DNA of 50,211 nucleotides from a virus. Taxonomy: Duplodnaviria; Caudoviricetes. Below the pieces are notes generated by a model. That model made no database searches. It saw nothing but the letters and a program-made list of their open reading frames with translations, and was not told the origin of the DNA. This document shows, in pieces, positions 1 to 5,437 of this stretch. Location of the stretch: IMG/VR virus record IMGVR_UViG_3300021404_000018, positions 1 to 50,211 of that record; one strand, written 5' to 3'. A program made the translations under genes and the position numbers. Numbering within the stretch: the first letter of the stretch is position 1; every line of letters begins with the position of its first letter.

Positions 1-148
1 GGACGCCAATGGTTTGTGTGGTTTCGTGGTAGCACACCCGAGCCACATTCGAGCTGTCAGGTGTGTCAGTCCACTTCAAATCAGGTTGTGACATAGCCGT
101 CCCCTTGCTGTTGATAGAGCCCACGCTGACGTGGGTTCGACAAACAGT
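1..148. repeat. Terminal direct repeat, copy 1 (assembly circularisation overlap)
   Basis: Identical to 50064-50211 except position 22 (T) versus 50085 (G). It falls inside the KTSC gene and its leader, so it is probably not a biological terminal repeat. Confidence 0.93.
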
Positions 149-151
149 AAG
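104..151 (-). other. Imperfect ~22-bp hairpin, family B copy 1 (RNase III-like substrate?)
   Basis: Plus strand reads CTTGCTGTTGAT...GACAAACAGTAAG. The arms are complementary and homologous to 789-841. Confidence 0.55.
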
Positions 152-152
152 A

Positions 153-181
153 TGAGCCGTTTATAGACATGCTCAGGTCTA
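153..181 (-). ncRNA. H-type pseudoknot motif, family A copy 1
   Basis: Minus strand UAGAC-CUGAGC-AU-GUCUA-UAAACG-GCUCA. Stem1 is UAGAC/GUCUA and stem2 is UGAGC/GCUCA. Repeated at 570-650 and 49206-49233. Confidence 0.6.
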
Positions 182-187
182 AAGACG

Positions 188-448
188 TCAGGCGTCTTCT
201 TGGACGTTCAGCAGTTCCGCGTGATCGACCGCCGCGTCGCTGGTGATGCCCAACGACTCCAAGGTGCAGGTGTCGGGAACGGTCAGGGTGTCATAGTGGA
301 ACCCGTCGCCGTCCGTCCCGAGTTCGCCGCTCTCGGAGTTGTCCTTGGCCGCCAGGGCGTTCACGAAGTCCTCGTTGAACGTGTAGTTGGCCGAGTAGGA
401 CCCATCGCCGCCATCGGAGATGAGAACGAAAAGCTTCTTCGTGATCAT
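188..448 (-). CDS. Hypothetical early protein (86 aa, acidic)
   Basis: ORF with a GGAGA RBS and phage-like codon usage, co-oriented with its neighbours. Confidence 0.75.
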   Translation of the reverse strand: MITKKLFVLISDGGDGSYSANYTFNEDFVNALAAKDNSESGELGTDGDGFHYDTLTVPDTCTLESLGITSDAAVDHAELLNVQEDA

Positions 449-569
449 AGTGGTATCTCCCGATTGAGGACCATTCCTCAGGAGAACACACGCAAAGCAG
501 TCCCGTAGGATATGCTCTCACCTCATCCGCAATGCCGGTGTTGCAAACGTGTGTTCACCTCAAGAAAGG

Positions 570-650
570 TGAGCAGTTTTGCCAACCAACCTGGAGCTAA
601 CCAACGGGGCGGTGTTGGAAGGTCAGAAGGGTATTGCCATGCTCAGGGCA
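570..650 (-). ncRNA. H-type pseudoknot motif, family A copy 2 (with ~55-nt insertion)
   Basis: Minus strand UGCC-CUGAGC-AU-GGCA-[insert]-AAAACU-GCUCA. Stem1 shows a compensatory change relative to the other copies. Confidence 0.55.
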
Positions 651-653
651 CGA

Positions 654-682
654 GTGACGCCCAACAACGGGTGTTGAGCATC
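654..682 (-). other. Conserved hairpin, family C copy 1
   Basis: Minus strand GAUGCUCAAC-loop-GUUGGGCGUCAC forms 10 bp with two G-U pairs. The arms are identical to 49830-49855. Confidence 0.6.
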
Positions 683-788
683 CATGCACGAGTTCCGCTA
701 TGGGGGGACGTAGCTGCCACTCGCACATCACAACTCACACGTCAAAATAGACCCAACCTGCAACAGAGGGGCCAACAGGAGCGACGTG

Positions 789-841
789 CTTGCTGTTGAT
801 GAAGACCAACCAAAGCTGAGTTGATCTTGATAAACGGCAAG
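789..841 (-). other. Imperfect ~22-bp hairpin, family B copy 2
   Basis: Plus strand reads CTTGCTGTTGAT...GATAAACGGCAAG, homologous to 104-151. Confidence 0.55.
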
Positions 842-869
842 AGTGTCCAGATATTTGGACGAAAACACC

Positions 870-899
870 ACGCCACCAGCCCCGAAGGGCCAGTGACGC
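870..899 (-). terminator. C(UUCG)G-capped hairpin 3' of the 234-aa gene (terminator or mRNA stabiliser)
   Basis: Minus strand GCGUCACUGGCCC-UUCG-GGGCUGGUGGCGU, followed only by a weak U tract (GGUGUUUU). Confidence 0.5.
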
Positions 900-912
900 A
901 GCGCTTGCGGTC

Positions 913-1617
913 TTACTTGGACGCTTCGGCGACTTCCAGTTGCGCCTTGGCGAGCTGGTCGCGCGCCTGATAGACGTCCTTGGTGCTGTCGTTCCAGGCC
1001 ATCACCTCGCCCAGCGACTTGTCGAGCCCGTCGAAGAACTCTTCCATCTTGTCCAGATGGATGCCGTCGTAGAAGGGCTTCTTGATGTCCTTCGGACGGG
1101 GCGGCTGACCGGGTTCGAGCAGAGTGTTCTCGATGGCCGCCCGATATTCGCGGATGGCCCGCTCGACCTTGGAGGTCAGGTTGTCGCGGAACACGGGCCG
1201 AACGGCCAGCATTTCCCTCGCAGAGGCGAGGCTGGTGAACGGCGTCGTGTTGGCCTCCTCGATCTTGAAGGGCCGGCGTTCGCCGTCGATGGTGCCGCTG
1301 AGCGTGATGTTGTCGCCCTTCAGTTCCATCGGGCTGAACGCCCGCATCCAAGCGATGAGGCCCTGACGACGGTAGCCCGACTTCGCGTCCACGATATCGA
1401 CGAGAAGACGGCGCATCAGGGACGTGTCGCCGTGCTTGTCGGCGTGCAGAAGGCACTGCACCGCATTGGCGTGAATGCGAGCATCCAGCTTGATCAGGCT
1501 GACACGGATGCCGTCCTGATCCTTCTTGATGACCGACTTCTCCAACAGGGAGGGCAGACCTTCGACAGCCGTGGATTGCACGACGGCCAGTTCGCCTTCA
1601 ACTTGAGCAGTAGTCAT
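913..1617 (-). CDS. Hypothetical early protein (234 aa)
   Basis: Long ORF with strongly biased codons and an AAGGGA RBS. No family recognised. Confidence 0.85.
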   Translation of the reverse strand: MTTAQVEGELAVVQSTAVEGLPSLLEKSVIKKDQDGIRVSLIKLDARIHANAVQCLLHADKHGDTSLMRRLLVDIVDAKSGYRRQGLIAWMRAFSPMELKGDNITLSGTIDGERRPFKIEEANTTPFTSLASAREMLAVRPVFRDNLTSKVERAIREYRAAIENTLLEPGQPPRPKDIKKPFYDGIHLDKMEEFFDGLDKSLGEVMAWNDSTKDVYQARDQLAKAQLEVAEASK

Positions 1618-1643
1618 GATTAGGTTCCCTTATAGGTTCCATC

Positions 1644-1673
1644 CAGCGTTAGTGCTGGGATAACCCGCCGTGA
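1644..1673. repeat. 30-bp inverted repeat, arm 1
   Basis: 26/30 identical to the reverse complement of 1950-1979. Confidence 0.85.
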
Positions 1674-1675
1674 AC

Positions 1676-1927
1676 CTAACTTGCGAGCTTAAGACGCCGC
1701 TTGGGCGCTCTTGCACGACGATCCCGAAGGATCATTTCAGAGATTGTGCGCCCCTCTTGAACATTGAAGGGCTGAAGATGACGTATCGCCACCCAACCCC
1801 CTTTGAGAGGCGAGGGCAGCGATGCGACGAAGAAGTCACAGACACTCTCGGACACGAAAGGCCCGAAGTAGAGTATCTTGGACACTTTGCTGTCTTTGAA
1901 GCCTACGAAGTATTGCGTTGGTTTCAT
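1676..1927 (-). CDS. Hypothetical basic protein (~83 aa) enclosed by the inverted repeat
   Basis: ATG at 1927 preceded by AAAGGTG; the ORF track starts it at GTG 1939. Confidence 0.65.
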   Translation of the reverse strand: MKPTQYFVGFKDSKVSKILYFGPFVSESVCDFFVASLPSPLKGGWVAIRHLQPFNVQEGRTISEMILRDRRARAPKRRLKLAS

Positions 1928-1949
1928 CGCTGTTAACACCTTTCCGGCC

Positions 1950-1979
1950 TCACAGCGAGTTACCGCAGCACTAACGCTG
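1950..1979. repeat. 30-bp inverted repeat, arm 2
   Basis: Partner of 1644-1673. Confidence 0.85.
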
Positions 1980-2083
1980 CGTTCTGACCCATAGGTCCAC
2001 CTGTTCCCAAAAGACTTGGGTAACGGACAGAATTTCCCGGCTGGCCAGCGCTATTCATTCACGGATGCCATTACTGACAGCCG

Positions 2084-2230
2084 CTATTCTACGGCGAATA
2101 GCTTTTCTTGGAGGGTTGCTGCGTCTTCGCTACAGCTTGCTAGTGCTGCGTTGCGAATAGCCCCGATTGCTCTGGCCTGTTCCGGCTCACCCGGACTTAG
2201 ACGGTAATCGAGTACCTCCGACCGACACAT
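2084..2230 (-). CDS. Small hypothetical protein (48 aa, MCRSEVLDYRLSPGEPEQ...)
   Basis: Translated by hand. AGGT RBS before the ATG; below the ORF-track length cutoff. Confidence 0.4.
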   Translation of the reverse strand: MCRSEVLDYRLSPGEPEQARAIGAIRNAALASCSEDAATLQEKLFAVE

Positions 2231-2400
2231 GGTTACCTATCCCATGCATCTCACCAAGGCCCTAACAATGACACTCATTTGCACGGCTATTCGTCTAACC
2301 CGCAGCGATTGCTGAAGGCTTCGACTACTCGCCACACGAGCGTCACCAAAGGTGCGTATGCCCTTGGCCGGGTCCAGAACGGACCTCGTTTCAATATGAG

Positions 2401-2438
2401 ACAGCCCGACGCAACCCCGAAGGGTCACGCCAGTCTGT
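2401..2438 (-). other. C(UUCG)G-capped long hairpin 3' of the first early gene
   Basis: Minus strand ACAGACUGGCGUGACCC-UUCG-GGGUUGCGUCGGGCUGU, with several G-U pairs that form only on the minus strand. Confidence 0.55.
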
Positions 2439-2446
2439 TTTGCCCC

Positions 2447-2713
2447 TTACTTGGAGCCAAAGCGGTTCTTTGTGCCGGGACGTTGCACCTTGAGTTGGCC
2501 GCGAACGACCTTCCCCGGTTTACCACGTCCCTCCCAATAGGCCGGGCGAGGGGTCGCGTAGCCTGACAAGTGAATGACAGGCGACAGCGCGGACCTAACA
2601 CGGCCCTGTTGGAGTTTGCCAACATCGGACGCGTTGCCGTACTCTGCAAGGTCACGCCTAAGCGCGGCTTGCTTCGCTAGCAGACGCCGATGCGGGTTGA
2701 GGCGCTTGGACAT
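2447..2713 (-). CDS. Hypothetical highly basic protein (88 aa), first early gene
   Basis: AAGGAG RBS, directly downstream of the leftward promoter. Confidence 0.7.
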   Translation of the reverse strand: MSKRLNPHRRLLAKQAALRRDLAEYGNASDVGKLQQGRVRSALSPVIHLSGYATPRPAYWEGRGKPGKVVRGQLKVQRPGTKNRFGSK

Positions 2714-2790
2714 GCCAAGGCTCCTTCCGCGAGGGGCTACAGGCGGTCCAAGGGACCTGCCCGACTGGACCTATATGACCCAGTAACATC

Positions 2791-2819
2791 ATCCTACCAG
2801 GGCAGAGGGGCATGGTCAA
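2791..2819 (-). promoter_or_regulatory. Sigma70-type leftward (early) promoter
   Basis: TTGACC-17 nt-TAGGAT with an extended -10 TG. Confidence 0.65.
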
Positions 2820-3030
2820 CGTGAACGTAGGGTGAACATGAGGCATGATCTTGTTATGTTGTTATCGTTTATCGATATGTGGGGGCATATTCATGCTTTG
2901 CGACTCACTCGCAAGTGCATCTGCAACCGGGGGGTGTACGGGGGGGCCATGAAACCGAGGGTTGCAATCACGTTATTTAGGCTGGGTGGGTTGTTACATA
3001 AAAAAGTAAGCGTTCTCGTGTTTTTTGTGC

Positions 3031-3059
3031 TTGACTTGGGGGCGGGGAAATACTATAAT
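3031..3059 (+). promoter_or_regulatory. Sigma70 consensus promoter, rightward 1
   Basis: TTGACT-17 nt-TATAAT. Confidence 0.8.
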
Positions 3060-3185
3060 ATCTATAAAGAGGTTACATCTTAAAGATACAGATAAATATG
3101 ATAACAATATACTAATCTCTAAGAGGTACATTATAAGGTACATAGAGGTTTGGTTGTCTCATTCGCACCCGCAGGGTGTGGGAGC

Positions 3186-3214
3186 TTGACTTTGCATCTC
3201 CAATCGGGTATAAT
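3186..3214 (+). promoter_or_regulatory. Sigma70 consensus promoter, rightward 2 (upstream of terS)
   Basis: TTGACT-17 nt-TATAAT, 27 nt before the terS start. Confidence 0.8.
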
Positions 3215-3241
3215 GTAGTTAGTAGGGTAATGGAGTCCTGA

Positions 3242-3781
3242 TTGGCTTACCTAAGTATTAAAGACGACCGCATCGAATCCAACGCGTACACTGGCCGGAA
3301 GCTCACCCCCAAGATGCTTTCGTTCATTGACGCGTATTTTGGTGCGGCCAATTTCAATGCGCTCCGTGCCATAGAGCTTTCAGACTACAATTGCAAGACC
3401 AAGCACTCCATTCATCAGACAAGCGCCGAGTTGATGAACCACCCACTGGTGAAGGCCGAGATTGACAAGCGGCTCGCCAAGCGGGAACAGAAATCCGAAG
3501 TCAAAGCCGAATACCTGATCAACAAGCTTATCGAGATCATCGATAACCTGGGAGAGTCAGAGAAGACCGCTGACAGGCTTCGGGCAATCGAGCTGGCAGG
3601 TAAGGCCATCGCGCTCTGGAAAGAGCGTCAGGAGGTCACTGGGGCCGACGGCGGGGCCATCCAGCACGAACAACATGTAAAGGAATCCGTTGCAGACTTC
3701 ACCAGCCGAATTTCTAGCCTCGTTAAGCGAGGAGGAACGTCTAACGTTGTTAGCTTCCCTGAGCGAGGAGGAACAGGCTGA
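3242..3781 (+). CDS. terS: Terminase small subunit
   Basis: N-terminal LTPK..FIDAY....N...A helix-turn-helix pattern, RAIELAGK and EVTGADGGAI motifs. Lies before terL; TTG start with a GGAG RBS. Confidence 0.85.
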   Translation: MAYLSIKDDRIESNAYTGRKLTPKMLSFIDAYFGAANFNALRAIELSDYNCKTKHSIHQTSAELMNHPLVKAEIDKRLAKREQKSEVKAEYLINKLIEIIDNLGESEKTADRLRAIELAGKAIALWKERQEVTGADGGAIQHEQHVKESVADFTSRISSLVKRGGTSNVVSFPERGGTG

Positions 3782-5117
3782 GCTTAGGTGGCACTGGCGT
3801 TTCTGGGCTAGACCCAATCAAATCGCCCCCGAGGGCCAAGACTGGAACACCTGGATGGTTCTGGCTGGGCGGGGCTTCGGTAAGACCCGGATGGGGTCGG
3901 AGTGGATTAGAGAGAACGTCTGTGGAGCATCACCCCTTGCGCCTCCCCCCAGCGGATGGAAGCGAATTGCCCTTGTGGCTGAGACTGCCGCTGATGCGCG
4001 GGACGTTATGGTTCTCGGAGACTCAGGTATCCTGGCTTGTCACCCGAAGGACATGCGGCCCGAATGGTCGCCAACCAATCGCCGCCTAACGTGGCCCAAC
4101 GGGGTTGAAGCATGGGTTTATAATGCGACTGAACCAGACCAGCTCCGAGGCCCCCAGCATCATGCCGCTTGGGTGGACGAACTGGCGAAGTTCCGCTACA
4201 TGCAGGAAACTTGGGATCAACTCCAGTTTGGTCTACGCCTGGGGGACCATCCGCAAGCTCTCGTTACTACCACCCCGCGTCCTCTTCCCCTTATCAAACG
4301 GCTCATTAACGATCCAGACACTAGGGTCACGAGGGGAGCCACACTTGATAACCAGGCTAATCTTGCAGCAAATACCGTTAAACAACTTTACGAGCGCTAT
4401 GGTGGAACACGACTTGGTCGGCAGGAACTTGAAGGTGAAATCCTTCACGACATCCCGGGCGCTCTTTGGAACCGAGACATTATCGATGCCAGCAGGCTTC
4501 GGGAGGTCCCGGACGATCTAGAAAGGGTCTACGTGGCAGTTGACCCTGCAGTCAGTAACACCGAAAACTCTGACGAACATGGCATTATCGTGGTCGGTCT
4601 TGCCAGGGACCCGGAGGGTTACGCCAGAGGCTACGTTCTGGACGACGGTAGTTGTCGGGGTCAACCCGAAGAGTGGGCTCGAAAGGCTGTCAGTCTTTAT
4701 CGCACTTGGTCGGCGGACAAGATCATCGCCGAAAAGAACCAAGGTGGCGATATGGTTATGAGTACGTTGAAGGCAGTTGACCGGTCTATTCCTGTTGAAC
4801 TGGTGACAGCGACGAGAGGTAAGGTCGTTCGGGCCGAGCCGATCAGTGCCCTGTACGAGCAGGGCCGGGTTCACCATTGTGGTAGGTTTGACGTTCTTGA
4901 AGATCAAATGTGTCTTTTCTCCATCGACAATGTCCGCAACGCCTCCAATGGTAGCCCGGACAGGGTGGACGCTCTGGTTTGGGGTCTTACAAAGATTTTT
5001 GACAAGATCGTTGGCCGCCGTCTTATCGACACTAACACTGTGGACAAAACCAAACAACTGGAGGAGCAATATGCGCTGGACTGGGCCAAAGAATCGCCTA
5101 CCGGTTGGATGGCCTAA
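3690..5117 (+). CDS. terL: Terminase large subunit
   Basis: Walker A AGRGFGKT, LRGPQ, Walker B WVDE, coupling motif TTTP, nuclease AVDPA and SPDRVDA. Confidence 0.97.
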   Translation: MQTSPAEFLASLSEEERLTLLASLSEEEQAELRWHWRFWARPNQIAPEGQDWNTWMVLAGRGFGKTRMGSEWIRENVCGASPLAPPPSGWKRIALVAETAADARDVMVLGDSGILACHPKDMRPEWSPTNRRLTWPNGVEAWVYNATEPDQLRGPQHHAAWVDELAKFRYMQETWDQLQFGLRLGDHPQALVTTTPRPLPLIKRLINDPDTRVTRGATLDNQANLAANTVKQLYERYGGTRLGRQELEGEILHDIPGALWNRDIIDASRLREVPDDLERVYVAVDPAVSNTENSDEHGIIVVGLARDPEGYARGYVLDDGSCRGQPEEWARKAVSLYRTWSADKIIAEKNQGGDMVMSTLKAVDRSIPVELVTATRGKVVRAEPISALYEQGRVHHCGRFDVLEDQMCLFSIDNVRNASNGSPDRVDALVWGLTKIFDKIVGRRLIDTNTVDKTKQLEEQYALDWAKESPTGWMA

Positions 5118-5193
5118 GAAACCCACACCTGAGGGGTTCAATTCTCGGGACATTAAACGACTGATCAGACAACTACAACGAATGGAGAAGCTC

Positions 5194-5424
5194 ATGAGTC
5201 AACTTGATACCGATGTCGCAGCCCTGACGGCTGCAGTCGTAACTCTTACTGGTGTCGCCCAATCGGCTATTGATGCCCTGGGTCACATCGTAGACACCTC
5301 GGCTGACGAAGCTGCGGTTGAGGCTGCGAACGCGGCCATTGCGGACCTGACCGCGCGTCTGGCTGCCGCTATCCCTGCTCCTCCGGCTCCTCCCGTTGAG
5401 CCCCCGGTTGAGCCGACTGCGTAA
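5194..5424 (+). CDS. Ala-rich coiled-coil protein with Pro-rich tail (alternative start 5071)
   Basis: GGAG RBS at 5194; a second in-frame ATG at 5071 has GGAGGAG. Fills the terL-portal gap. Confidence 0.7.
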   Translation: MSQLDTDVAALTAAVVTLTGVAQSAIDALGHIVDTSADEAAVEAANAAIADLTARLAAAIPAPPAPPVEPPVEPTA

Positions 5425-5437
5425 CTAAAGGACTTCC

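Noticed and set aside
1-148. 148-bp end repeat as a biological direct terminal repeat
   Set aside because: It cuts through the KTSC gene and its leader in the middle of an operon, which is typical of assembler overlap.
835-868. Hammerhead-like GTCC...GGACGAAA
   Set aside because: No CUGANGA core at the required position, and it is on the non-transcribed strand.
1991-2774. 9-bp inverted pair ATAGGTCCA/TGGACCTAT
   Set aside because: Too short to separate from chance, although it adjoins the 30-bp helix and the predicted transcript start.
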